From: a virus
Virus record (IMG/VR): IMGVR_UViG_3300032253_000017
Location: 1 to 36,782 of that record
Length of the DNA: 36,782 bases
Strand: one strand, 5' to 3'
Positions 6,113 through 15,515 of this stretch are shown one piece after another; the stretch's first letter is position 1, and every line of letters begins with the position of its first letter. Below the pieces are notes generated by a model. It saw only the letters and a list, made by a program, of their open reading frames with translations. It was not told the DNA's origin and searched no databases. The position numbers were made by a program, and so were the translations under genes.

Positions 6113-6673
6113 ATGAACAAAAAACGTAGATGTCGAGAGTGCAAAGAATATAAGGACTCTATCAGTATGCTGACTGTTAATGGTGGTTCATATTGTGATA
6201 TTGAGTGCTGTACGAAATATGCGTACAAAAAAGGCAAGAAAGCCACTAAAGCAAAGCACGTTAAGCAAAAGAAAGAATTAAAAGACAATGATAAACCTTT
6301 TAGATTAAAGTGCGCTCAATCGGCTTTTAACGCGTTTATACGAAAGCGTGACGAATCACTTGGTTGCATTAGTTGTAATAAGGATAATAATTGGCATGGT
6401 CAATGGCACGCAGGCCACTACAAGACAACCAAGTCACGACCTGATATTCGATTTAATGAAGATAACTGTCACAAACAATGCTCAGTGTGCAATAACCATT
6501 TATCAGGAAATATAGGAGAATACACCCCTAGACTTATAGGGAGAATAGGTCAAGATAAATATTTAGTGTTAACGTTAAATAAAGTAAAAAGATATACTTG
6601 TGCTGAATTAAAAGAAATTGAACGACTTTACAAACGAAAGCTAAAAGAATTAGCGCAGGGTGTGAGAGCCTAA
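6113..6673 (+). CDS. ninG: NinG-like recombination protein
   Basis: N-terminal KKRRCRECKEY and C-terminal AFNAFIRKRDESLGCISC...WHAGHYKTTKSRPDIRFNEDNCHKQCSVCNNHLSGN align closely with lambda NinG as recalled. ATG 6113 is preferred over TTG 6068. Confidence 0.85.
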   Translation: MNKKRRCRECKEYKDSISMLTVNGGSYCDIECCTKYAYKKGKKATKAKHVKQKKELKDNDKPFRLKCAQSAFNAFIRKRDESLGCISCNKDNNWHGQWHAGHYKTTKSRPDIRFNEDNCHKQCSVCNNHLSGNIGEYTPRLIGRIGQDKYLVLTLNKVKRYTCAELKEIERLYKRKLKELAQGVRA

Positions 6674-6735
6674 ACGCAAGCTGCCAGACTTGTGCGCGAT
6701 ATCTGGCAACCAAATCAACCAAAGGAATAATAAAA

Positions 6736-7476
6736 ATGAAATATTTATTTATACTGCTTTTAAGTTTTAACGCTCTAGCTCTAGAGTTTCACCAACAACC
6801 AATAGCACCAGAAGAAAAAGCTATGAATGGTATTATTGAAGATTTAGGACTTAATAGTTGGCGCTTTACAACTCACACTAATATTGCTCGCAATGGTTGT
6901 TTATACTCATACTGCCGCAAAGTTGGTGTGCAAGCTGATGATGATGCTTGGGTGCGTGACAGAATAACAAGTTATAAGTTTAATTTCACCGTTGAAAAAT
7001 ATCCTGACGTTGCGCCTGAATGGGTTATCGTATTTCAGAACTGGATGCGAATAGATCCTGATGATGCAAACGGCAACCACCCAATCTCCACGCTAAAACT
7101 CAAAAATGTTGGCGGTAAATTAATGTTACAACAATATGAGAATAGCTGGCAGTTCGATAGAAGCTATTTTGATTTAGATGATTATTATGATGCTGACCAT
7201 AATCACAGCCTTGAAGTATTGCGAGGTGAAAAAGAGCTAGCTGTTAACCAGACCTATGCAATAGAATTAATTATTGCACATGGTCACTTGCCTAGTGTTG
7301 GTCATGTAACATTAAAGATTGATAGCAAAGTTATTAGTGATAGTGTTTATCAAACAAAATCGTTTACTGAAAGTGGTATAGTTTATTTTGGTCACTATTG
7401 GTCAAAGGACGCTGACTCTATAGATAGCCAGCTAATCACAAGGATGGAAAACTTAACTTACAAGATTACATATTAA
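6736..7476 (+). CDS. Secreted protein with an N-terminal signal peptide; tentatively polysaccharide-lyase/concanavalin-like
   Basis: MKYLFILLLSFNALALE is a signal-like N-terminus. EWVIVFQNWMRIDPDD...HPISTLKLKNVGGKLMLQQ loosely resembles the PF14099-type lyase core (recollection only). Confidence 0.35.
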   Translation: MKYLFILLLSFNALALEFHQQPIAPEEKAMNGIIEDLGLNSWRFTTHTNIARNGCLYSYCRKVGVQADDDAWVRDRITSYKFNFTVEKYPDVAPEWVIVFQNWMRIDPDDANGNHPISTLKLKNVGGKLMLQQYENSWQFDRSYFDLDDYYDADHNHSLEVLRGEKELAVNQTYAIELIIAHGHLPSVGHVTLKIDSKVISDSVYQTKSFTESGIVYFGHYWSKDADSIDSQLITRMENLTYKITY

Positions 7477-7898
7477 GTTGTTATTGGTGTTAAAAGCAAT
7501 TCGATATCTACTGATGTATCGGTTGCTTTTTTTATCTCTAGCGTTATATTTGACTCAACTAAAAATGACGTGTTTAGCTTGTCGATAGTTGAGCTACTGC
7601 CAATCAATTGAGTGGTAGTGAATGATGTGAAATCAATGTCATTCATTACCACTTCGCCATCTATAGTTAAGACGATAGTTGTTGTCTCTGCTATTTGGTT
7701 TTTAATCACCAAGTGACTTAAAGAGAATCTGCCATCCCTATTTAGTATTTCAGACAGCACGCCCGCTGTAAATGTTTCGCTAATATCCTCATAATCCAGC
7801 CCGTTCCCCGGAGTTGAAGGCCAAGACAAGTTTGCGGCTAACTTAGGAAGCCCGCCTGAAACTGTTATACTGCCGCACGTACCAAAATCCCTACTCAT
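7473..7898 (-). CDS. Hypothetical tail-fibre-associated protein, 141 aa (last gene of the late operon)
   Basis: ORF directly downstream of the two fibre genes. Its stop shares the tetranucleotide TTAA with the stop of the convergent + gene. Confidence 0.5.
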   Translation of the reverse strand: MSRDFGTCGSITVSGGLPKLAANLSWPSTPGNGLDYEDISETFTAGVLSEILNRDGRFSLSHLVIKNQIAETTTIVLTIDGEVVMNDIDFTSFTTTQLIGSSSTIDKLNTSFLVESNITLEIKKATDTSVDIELLLTPITT

Positions 7899-7907
7899 AA
7901 TCTACCC

Positions 7908-8663
7908 CTAATCGTTTATATATGTTATTTCATCGGCGTTGAGTACAAAATCATAAAACCTCAAGCCTTGAATGTTTAATGTGAAATTACCAGACAAAGT
8001 AACAACTGATAATAAATCCATGCTAGCCGTAATAGCGGTTGGTAGCGTCGTAGTGCCAGATAGAGAGTTGTTTATATTGATATTCAAAACCCCCGACGAA
8101 TAAGTTAATACTATGACCTTGGTTGCTGCTGATGTGGCATTAATCGTTGTTGATGCTACGTATTGTATTAAGTCACTGCCTTTGATTGTAGATATCCACT
8201 CGCCACTAGCGTTAGTTCCTACACTCAGCAGGTCGCCAGAGGTCGAAGGTATAGCTATAATGTTTTGCTGTGATGCAGCCTCACTATAAGAACCAACCCT
8301 AATAACAACACTAAAATCATTACTTAAGTCAGGAATGTTGTTATATACATTGAAAGTATGTGTTTCAGTACTACCTATAAGCCAGCCTTTGGCTTCCTCC
8401 ATCGGGTTGTCTGCCACTTCAATTTGAGCATCGCCATAAATATCTGTATAGTTACCTGTTGACGGCCTATCAACAACCAATGTTTGATTGATAATATTAA
8501 CTAGATTGTTCTTCTTGTAAAGCCAGCATAGCGGATTATCAACAAGCGCCTTTCTTACGTTATTAAAACCGACACCGTCCGTACCATTTGTACCTGCATC
8601 CCCTTTGGATCCGTTCTCTGATATTTCAACCTTCACAGGCGTGTCGCTTGCTGATAGTGTCAT
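7908..8663 (-). CDS. Tail fibre protein (short paralogue) with a collagen-like N-terminal triplet run
   Basis: GSKGDAGTNGTDGVG is followed by NNVRKALVDNPL. The LamG-like C-terminal end is LRFYDFVLNADEITYI. Confidence 0.6.
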   Translation of the reverse strand: MTLSASDTPVKVEISENGSKGDAGTNGTDGVGFNNVRKALVDNPLCWLYKKNNLVNIINQTLVVDRPSTGNYTDIYGDAQIEVADNPMEEAKGWLIGSTETHTFNVYNNIPDLSNDFSVVIRVGSYSEAASQQNIIAIPSTSGDLLSVGTNASGEWISTIKGSDLIQYVASTTINATSAATKVIVLTYSSGVLNININNSLSGTTTLPTAITASMDLLSVVTLSGNFTLNIQGLRFYDFVLNADEITYIND

Positions 8664-10301
8664 CTAGACCCCCATTAAATATATTATTTCATTTTCTGTT
8701 AGTTGTGAGTTATACGCCATAAAATTACTTAAGTAAGCGTTTATTGCGCTATCTGTTCCGTTGTAGCCTATATAAACCTTACTAGATGTAATACTTATAC
8801 TTGTTAGCGTAGAAGTCAATATTAAATTCTTTTCACCATATAATTTTATTTGTGCGCCATCATAGGTTAGTGCGACCTTTTTATAATCAAATAAGTCAGC
8901 AGACACTTCATTCCCGCCCATATTTATAGTTAAATCCCTATTCTTGTATGTCAAGGAAAACTCATTAACACCAGTAAGACCGTTGCTGAATATTGTCTTT
9001 GTTTCATCGTTGTCGATATTTCCATCAATACCAAAAACAACAGACCACGGCAAGCTAGGCTTTGGAAAATTATACTTATAATCCATACTGAAATCGTCTT
9101 TGTTGTTACTGAATCCTATAGCGCCTGTCTGCTTGTATGATGTAAGTCCGCCAGATTCAACTTGAACTGATGATATTAAAAGCCCTGCGTTTAATGCTTG
9201 TGACTCTAGGTTTATCGTAAGATTGTCCAGTGCGCCAGATACGCACACAGCAGATAGCCTAGTAAAACCAATTACTGATGGTGTAGGAAATGTAACGCTA
9301 GCTCCCCCACCAAGAGACACGGTTATTGGTTGTAGTGAACCTGATGTCATATAAGCCCAAAACGAAACGGTATAACTAGAACCGGGCGAAAGGCTATCGG
9401 TTGATGTCGTTACACTGATATTCTGTAGCGAGCTAAATACAACGCTAGTGTACTGGTTCTTATGACCGAAAACATCCGGTATAGGTGATTGCGAAACCGA
9501 ACCGTTCAATACAGTCCACTCTGAAAGATCGTTACTATATCTAACTAAATTAGTTTTTTGATCCTCAATCAAAACACCTTTATCACTCTGTCTTATCTGG
9601 TTGTCTGTATATGCTTTTGTCCTCACAGAACCGAATGTCTGTATTAAATCTTTTACTGTAGGATTGTCTTCTATCTGAACACCATACAAGGCTATTCTTG
9701 CTCCAGACTTTCCGCGAGGATTTATTGAAAAAATAAAAGCGCCATTAGCAAAATAAAGAGGGTATACAACCCTTGTATAGTCTCCTGTAGGCGAATCAAC
9801 ATTATAAACTTTTGAGCCAGTACCGAAATCTAACGAGCTAACATCTCCACTTAATACTTTTACATAAAAAGATACGCAACCAATCATTTGAGGTGTAGTA
9901 GTAGTTAGCTCTAAAACCTCGCCAACACCAGCCAGATCATCCGTGTCAGTGTCTAGGTTTATCTCTGTTGCTTTATTTCCACCAAAAGGGTCTGTTGTTG
10001 CACCGATTATTGACCATCTACCAAAGGTATCAGACCATGCGCTAAAGTCTCTATAATGCGTTATGTAATTTGTGGATTCTGATTTTTTAGTCCATACATT
10101 ATTTCCATACCTATCAACAAAAGATACAGCATCAATACGATCACTTGTTATATATGCGTTTTTTGATAGCTGGTTATCAACAAATGAATCCAACAAGGGC
10201 TGATCGACATCAAAACCGTTAACATCAGCAGAACTAAGGCCGTTGATGCCATTAACGCCAGCCTCGCCCTTTTCACCTAAATAAAACTTTAATGTAGGCA
10301 T
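8664..10301 (-). CDS. Tail fibre protein with a collagen-like N-terminus and a LamG/concanavalin-like C-terminal domain
   Basis: GEKGEAGVNGINGLS near the N-terminus. The C-terminus YDGAQIKLYGEKN...YIGYNG...LSNFMAYNSQLTENEIIYL is typical of LamG-type lectin folds. Confidence 0.65.
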   Translation of the reverse strand: MPTLKFYLGEKGEAGVNGINGLSSADVNGFDVDQPLLDSFVDNQLSKNAYITSDRIDAVSFVDRYGNNVWTKKSESTNYITHYRDFSAWSDTFGRWSIIGATTDPFGGNKATEINLDTDTDDLAGVGEVLELTTTTPQMIGCVSFYVKVLSGDVSSLDFGTGSKVYNVDSPTGDYTRVVYPLYFANGAFIFSINPRGKSGARIALYGVQIEDNPTVKDLIQTFGSVRTKAYTDNQIRQSDKGVLIEDQKTNLVRYSNDLSEWTVLNGSVSQSPIPDVFGHKNQYTSVVFSSLQNISVTTSTDSLSPGSSYTVSFWAYMTSGSLQPITVSLGGGASVTFPTPSVIGFTRLSAVCVSGALDNLTINLESQALNAGLLISSVQVESGGLTSYKQTGAIGFSNNKDDFSMDYKYNFPKPSLPWSVVFGIDGNIDNDETKTIFSNGLTGVNEFSLTYKNRDLTINMGGNEVSADLFDYKKVALTYDGAQIKLYGEKNLILTSTLTSISITSSKVYIGYNGTDSAINAYLSNFMAYNSQLTENEIIYLMGV

Positions 10302-10675
10302 TATCTAATCCCGTTTTGCTCAAAAGTTACATTTAAGCCTGCAACCGTCTTCACCGTAGTATCAGCAAAGGTGAACTGTAGCTTTGAAATAAAAGACTTT
10401 TCTATAGCTTCATTACCAGTAATCGGCAACGGTAGCAGCGCTTGAGATTCAGTACTACTTAGGCTAAATGTTCCTTGACCGCTTTGAGGGCTTGTTATAC
10501 CACCGTTAAAGTCATCCACTTGACTGATATCACCTATAGCGCTTAATAGTTGTAGTTTAGCGGCGGCACCAGTTAAATCAATAGGCGTTTCTCCGTCATC
10601 TTCAAAATACTGAAAATCAATATTAACAGTGTCTCCAGCAGTAAAGCAGGTTTGTACAAAATCAACGCAAGCCAT
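10301..10675 (-). CDS. Small beta-rich (Ig-like?) tail/baseplate accessory protein, 124 aa
   Basis: TAATG coupling to the fibre gene. Composition and position sit between the Tal-like and fibre genes. Confidence 0.45.
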   Translation of the reverse strand: MACVDFVQTCFTAGDTVNIDFQYFEDDGETPIDLTGAAAKLQLLSAIGDISQVDDFNGGITSPQSGQGTFSLSSTESQALLPLPITGNEAIEKSFISKLQFTFADTTVKTVAGLNVTFEQNGIR

Positions 10676-10708
10676 TAAAGCCCCCTTAAATAAACAATAT
10701 TATACATC

Positions 10709-13027
10709 TTAATGGTCGCCACCGCCATTTACATACCTAGACGCTGAATCACCAAAAAATGTCACGGTAGCGCCATTATCAACAACACCTTTACCTTTTA
10801 ACCCGCCATTAGCGTTGTTGTTAGCGCCATCTAAACCAAAATTACCAGACAATAAAGAATCCGTACCGTTATCACCAGTCTCACCAGAAAAAACATTAAG
10901 ACTAGCATTTGTTAACTGCCCAGCAACACCAGCCTCACCTATATTCCTTCCGTCACCACCATTACCACTATTACCGCCTTTTTCAGTTATAACATCAGGG
11001 TCAAACCCGCCATCACCACCGCTAGGTGCAATTATATATCCATCTGCCGTAGGGTGTGCTGTTGACGGTGTAGCGCCTGAAAAATATATATCACAATCAA
11101 CGCCTTCTGCATCAAAAACAACACCACCATTCTCACCATTGCCAACAGCAGGAAAATAAAGCCATGATGAAGATTCTTGATCCCATTCAGCACCGCCACC
11201 ATTACCACCCTTGCCACCTTTAGCCATTAACTCAGCGCCATTAGCTAGTATTATAATGATCTTTGATCCAACTGGGAATGCGCCCGCCCTTATAGCTGGT
11301 ATATCTTTGTTGTTGCCGCCACACATAGTGCCATCAAAAACAAAGGTAATTGTAACAGGTTGACTAGGAGCGCCAGCGTATTGTACATATAAGTTTACAT
11401 TGGTTGTACTACCAGAAATCACAACCTCAGAACCAGAGGCAAATATAGGGTCGTAACTTAACGCATAAACACTGTAATCTCGACCTAAACTAGTATAGTT
11501 CGGCTTTATTGATGTGATCTGTACCCTATCACCAGCAGACTGCAACCCATCAAAACCAACGTCTGAAAATGTAGATATGTCAACAATATCTCCAACCTTA
11601 AAATTAAGCTTTCTTTCTTGCGCCTTAAAGATGTAATCTTGAGGGTTTGAAAATCTACTAACCCATCTATTAACAAGTAGGTCTGCGGAATCCTTATCAA
11701 TCACCGCTGTAAAATCAAAGCTTTTTGTTTTAACCTCGCCAAACAAGTCGTCAGATTCTAGCGTGGTATTTTTAAATATAGAGGACTTACTAAAGCTTGT
11801 AACCTCATCAGGGTTTGTTAAGTAAGGTTTATTGTATACAATTAATGCTCTTGTAGATCTTAATGTCTCATTTCTTTTTTTAGTGACACTTTCAAAATCT
11901 ATCTCGTTACCTTCTGTAATAGATATACTTGACTCCTTCCATACGCTTATAGCTGATAGCTTTATTTCTCTATCTACCGGATCGAACCACATATCAAGCA
12001 TATAGTTAGTCAGTATCTCTTTTAATACGTCTGACGTAGGCTTTGACTCTATCCATATAGTGTTTACTCTTGTTGATGGGTGCCACTCATCAACCTCAGC
12101 AGTCCACTTCGCTTTAGGTATAAAAGACGAATCTGTACCTATATCTAAAAGTATTCGCTCTAGTAAATCATCAATACGTTCATTATCAGACACCTCGCAC
12201 ACAAAAACCTCATCTAGTGGATCGTGAGTATCGCTAGTAGTCCTAGTTAACGTATTAGTGTAAACAATATTTGTGCCTCTTGTTTGCACTGTTATCGTTG
12301 CTGATCCTGTGCCTATCCCACTAACACCAATAACCTTGCACAATTCATCGGAAACCCTTACAGTATCACCTATCTGATATGTAACATTAGCATCTACATC
12401 CCAAGAAACTGTTGTCTGGTTTACTGCTGTGCGCAAAGAGCCTTCAAGCGGTAAAGGCCACACAGAGTCGCCGATATTTATTTTTGATAGTTCGTCTTTG
12501 AACTTAAAAGACCATTCGCCATTTTTACTACTGCTTACTGACTCTATGATATAGTGCCTCGTCTCAGCACCATTAGTTAAATCTATAGTCCCATCAATTT
12601 CAAGTCTGTAGTTTTTAATTCGTATGTTTTTGTTTGTGAGTTCGTTTCTTGAGTTTAACTTAGCCAAGAAAGAGCCTTGAGAAATCACGGAAGAAGTCAC
12701 GTCTGGAGCATCGGGGTTAGGATCTTTATTTGTAACATCTATCATAGTTACCGAACCACCACCCCTAGATGCTAACCCTTTATCTACATTTAGCTTAGCT
12801 GGTGTCTCAGATATCTTTTTAACTATCCTTAATATTCCGCTTTCCGGCATATTAAGTGGCGCATCTGTATTTGTAAACTTGTAAGTCCTAGTTGCATTAC
12901 TTGCCTGTCCTGATGATTTTGGAGTGCCAAACCCAGTTAAGGCGCCCTCCACCACTGGTAAGTCGATCTCTATCACTGAAAAGTGAGTTTGATTGAATAA
13001 CCCTCTTGATTGCTCAAATGTACTCAT
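10709..13027 (-). CDS. Tail tip/hub (Tal-like, host-specificity) protein with a Gly-rich C-terminal region, 772 aa
   Basis: Large ORF two genes after the tape measure. C-terminal about 180 aa is rich in GGxGG/GNGG stretches. Confidence 0.6.
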   Translation of the reverse strand: MSTFEQSRGLFNQTHFSVIEIDLPVVEGALTGFGTPKSSGQASNATRTYKFTNTDAPLNMPESGILRIVKKISETPAKLNVDKGLASRGGGSVTMIDVTNKDPNPDAPDVTSSVISQGSFLAKLNSRNELTNKNIRIKNYRLEIDGTIDLTNGAETRHYIIESVSSSKNGEWSFKFKDELSKINIGDSVWPLPLEGSLRTAVNQTTVSWDVDANVTYQIGDTVRVSDELCKVIGVSGIGTGSATITVQTRGTNIVYTNTLTRTTSDTHDPLDEVFVCEVSDNERIDDLLERILLDIGTDSSFIPKAKWTAEVDEWHPSTRVNTIWIESKPTSDVLKEILTNYMLDMWFDPVDREIKLSAISVWKESSISITEGNEIDFESVTKKRNETLRSTRALIVYNKPYLTNPDEVTSFSKSSIFKNTTLESDDLFGEVKTKSFDFTAVIDKDSADLLVNRWVSRFSNPQDYIFKAQERKLNFKVGDIVDISTFSDVGFDGLQSAGDRVQITSIKPNYTSLGRDYSVYALSYDPIFASGSEVVISGSTTNVNLYVQYAGAPSQPVTITFVFDGTMCGGNNKDIPAIRAGAFPVGSKIIIILANGAELMAKGGKGGNGGGAEWDQESSSWLYFPAVGNGENGGVVFDAEGVDCDIYFSGATPSTAHPTADGYIIAPSGGDGGFDPDVITEKGGNSGNGGDGRNIGEAGVAGQLTNASLNVFSGETGDNGTDSLLSGNFGLDGANNNANGGLKGKGVVDNGATVTFFGDSASRYVNGGGDH

Positions 13028-13809
13028 AACCCGTTAAACACCTTAAATGATACGGAAACGTTGTTCAATAACCTTGTTTGATTGTGTGCGCTAACTTTAT
13101 TTCTAGCTAAATCAAAGCACGCATAAGCGCTGTTGTTGTTTGATGAAGCAAGCTCAACGCCTAATTCGTTTACAGGATCTTGCTCCCTTATAAAAAAAAT
13201 ATTACTTGAACTAAAGTCCAGAAACTCTTGCCACGTACTTTCGCTAAATGACCTAGTTACATTTGGTAAGTTTAAGGCACCTTTAGCGGAAATCTTTTTC
13301 TTTAATGTTGCCACCGGGGCGGCTATATCACTTAATGTTGATTTTGTTTTTATATTTCTATTAAGAAACTGCCTATTATAGCCTGAGTTTTCACCACCGT
13401 TAGGTACTTTAAATGCCTGTCCTGCTGCTATAAATGACACCCTGGGGGGAGTCTCACCTAGCTCGTTTAGCATTCCAACACGAAGATTACTAAAAGACCT
13501 AGACGGAAAAGTTACCAGTACGCAGTTATTCATAGAAACAAAGGTTGTAGCTATTATTGTTGATCCATCCCTAACTCTGACCCTACTAGTAAAATTCCTT
13601 GCGCCCTCTATATTTAATCCTGCATAGGCAACATAATTTATATTACTTACCGCACCAAAATCAAAAGTGAGTCTGTTATTGTCTGTACTGACATAGAATG
13701 TTGAAAAGTCTGGATCTGTCACGCTTGCAGGGTCAAAATTTAAATTCTCACCATTCTGAACTGATGTAGGTGTTTTATTTATTAATACATTTGACTTTGT
13801 AATATACAT
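13024..13809 (-). CDS. Distal tail (Dit-like) protein, 261 aa
   Basis: Immediately follows the tape measure with overlapping stop and start, and precedes the hub protein. Assignment is by synteny only. Confidence 0.5.
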   Translation of the reverse strand: MYITKSNVLINKTPTSVQNGENLNFDPASVTDPDFSTFYVSTDNNRLTFDFGAVSNINYVAYAGLNIEGARNFTSRVRVRDGSTIIATTFVSMNNCVLVTFPSRSFSNLRVGMLNELGETPPRVSFIAAGQAFKVPNGGENSGYNRQFLNRNIKTKSTLSDIAAPVATLKKKISAKGALNLPNVTRSFSESTWQEFLDFSSSNIFFIREQDPVNELGVELASSNNNSAYACFDLARNKVSAHNQTRLLNNVSVSFKVFNGL

Positions 13810-15515
13810 TAACGACCCTGCCTTGTTCTTTCTTCTAATCCGCCAGCAATACCATCAAGAAATAAATTACCGCTTTCATCTGTTATGACTAATCGCATTT
13901 CCTGAATGCCTTCTTCTGTTTGTTCTGTGATATCTAACGTCGATGTTTCTGGCGCAAAATCTGACTGCTGTTGCTGACTAGATGATGAAGCGCCGCCGCT
14001 AGATATAGAGCTGCCACCTCCGCCACCAGCTAGCGAGCCTAGCGTAGTAGCCGCAATAGCCGCAATACTTAAATTGCCGCTTGCCTGAATACTTGCAGCA
14101 ACAGGAGGGCCAGCAACAGGCCCTAGCTCAGCTATAGCTTTCATTGATGCAACTTGAGTATTAAAAAATACCTCGCTAGCTGATAACGCCTGACTACCAA
14201 TAAACAAAAGCTTTCCTAACGTATCATTATGACCAAGGATTGCTGACGTTATAGACATTATCGAACTTATATTTTTTCTTTCTAGTGATTGTTCTGTTTT
14301 TTGCCTCTTTTCATCTAAAGATATTTTATCTTTTGCGGCTTTTTCGTTTATTTTTGCTTTTTCTTCTTCTGCCTTTCTGTCCATTTCAACTATGGCCATA
14401 AGATATTCATCTTCAAGCTGTAGCTTTAATTCGTTATTCTTGCCAATTATTTCAAGCTCTCTTTCTAGCTTTTCAGTGAGTAACTCTTCCTCACCTTTAA
14501 ACCTGTCAGCTATAGCCTGTATTTGCGCCTCACCCTTAAGTGCATCTATCTCAAGCTCTCTAGCCTCCGCATCAGCTATCGCAGCCTCTTCTTTTGCATC
14601 TCTCAGGGCATATATAGCATCTATTTGTGCGCTTATATTTGCTGGTATTTCCTCACCAACTTTTAATCCTAGCTCTTGCGCTATATTGTACCTTAGAGCA
14701 GCCTCTTCACCTGCTGATAGCGCTATTATCTGAGATGTAAGCCCTTCCGTTATACTTTCTGATGATTTTTTGAATTTTTCAGCGTTACCACCTAGCCCGT
14801 TAAGGGTTTCGGTTGTCTCTTTCATTTCTAGTCTAACGGTAACTAGAGAGCCTTTAACTTTGGCTAACTTAGCCTCTAACTCTTCCTGTGAATCGCCGAA
14901 TATACCCTCTAGTATATTTGCACCTTCCGAAGCGTTTTGTAGCGAGACTAATTCAGATTGAATAACATTGACTTCTTTGGCTAGTCCTAATGCAACCTTC
15001 TGCTGTTCTTTTAGCTTTTCAGTTAATACATTTCTAGCTACTGCCTGTTGAGCCTTGGTTAGCTTGTCAAAATTCTTTGTTAGTACGCTTATGGAATCAT
15101 CAAGATCAATAATACCTTTTGTGGCTTTAAATAGGTTTGGTAGCATCATCCCTGCTATTGATGCAGATATACCAACAACAGCACCAAGCAATGGAGCACC
15201 TAAAACGAAACCTAAATCGGCAGACTGTTGCGACAATGCAAGCATGGCGCCTTGTCCGCCTTGAATTTGCCCTATAAATTGCTGAACTTGTATTCCTGCT
15301 TGCCCTGATGCGCGACCTATACCAGCTATATTACTATTTACTGCTTTAGATGTTTTTGATAGCTTCGCGCCTGACGTAGAAAGTCCATCTAGTGAATTGT
15401 CTGCTTTTTTTGCGCTATCACTAACATTTACAAGGTTTGAGCTAGTCTTTTTTAATGCTGCATCTAATTTACTTGTGTTTGCATCAAGTTCGACGACTAA
15501 TGATTCAGTAGTGAT
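13809..15515 (-). CDS. Tail tape measure protein (start uncertain; provisionally ATC 15515, 568 aa)
   Basis: Long helical A/E/K/L-rich ORF following G/G-T. GQAGIQVQQFIGQIQGGQGAMLALSQQ resembles a motif seen in many tape-measure proteins. The first ATG is at 15245, but 91 further stop-free codons lie upstream with no ATG, GTG or TTG. Confidence 0.8.
   Translation of the reverse strand: MTTESLVVELDANTSKLDAALKKTSSNLVNVSDSAKKADNSLDGLSTSGAKLSKTSKAVNSNIAGIGRASGQAGIQVQQFIGQIQGGQGAMLALSQQSADLGFVLGAPLLGAVVGISASIAGMMLPNLFKATKGIIDLDDSISVLTKNFDKLTKAQQAVARNVLTEKLKEQQKVALGLAKEVNVIQSELVSLQNASEGANILEGIFGDSQEELEAKLAKVKGSLVTVRLEMKETTETLNGLGGNAEKFKKSSESITEGLTSQIIALSAGEEAALRYNIAQELGLKVGEEIPANISAQIDAIYALRDAKEEAAIADAEARELEIDALKGEAQIQAIADRFKGEEELLTEKLERELEIIGKNNELKLQLEDEYLMAIVEMDRKAEEEKAKINEKAAKDKISLDEKRQKTEQSLERKNISSIMSITSAILGHNDTLGKLLFIGSQALSASEVFFNTQVASMKAIAELGPVAGPPVAASIQASGNLSIAAIAATTLGSLAGGGGGSSISSGGASSSSQQQQSDFAPETSTLDITEQTEEGIQEMRLVITDESGNLFLDGIAGGLEERTRQGR

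Noticed and set aside
6064-6722. Minus-strand ORFs 6064-6288 and 6534-6722
   Set aside because: They are antisense to the confidently identified ninG gene.
7473-10301. Gin/Cin-type invertible tail-fibre segment driven by the serine recombinase
   Set aside because: The fibre genes are all in one orientation with no inverted alternative C-terminal exons. No crossover-like inverted repeats were seen flanking them. The recombinase also looks resolvase-like.
10815-11159. 114-aa + strand ORF (Pro/Ser-rich) and the 61-aa - ORF at 11032-11217
   Set aside because: These are shadow ORFs inside the Gly-rich C-terminal coding region of the 772-aa tail protein. They are an artefact of GGN/NCC codon periodicity.
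14392-15264. Several + strand ORFs (14392-14733, 14770-14961, 15055-15264), Ser/Leu-rich
   Set aside because: They are antisense shadows of the highly biased tape-measure gene (GAA/GCT/AAA-rich), with no start context.
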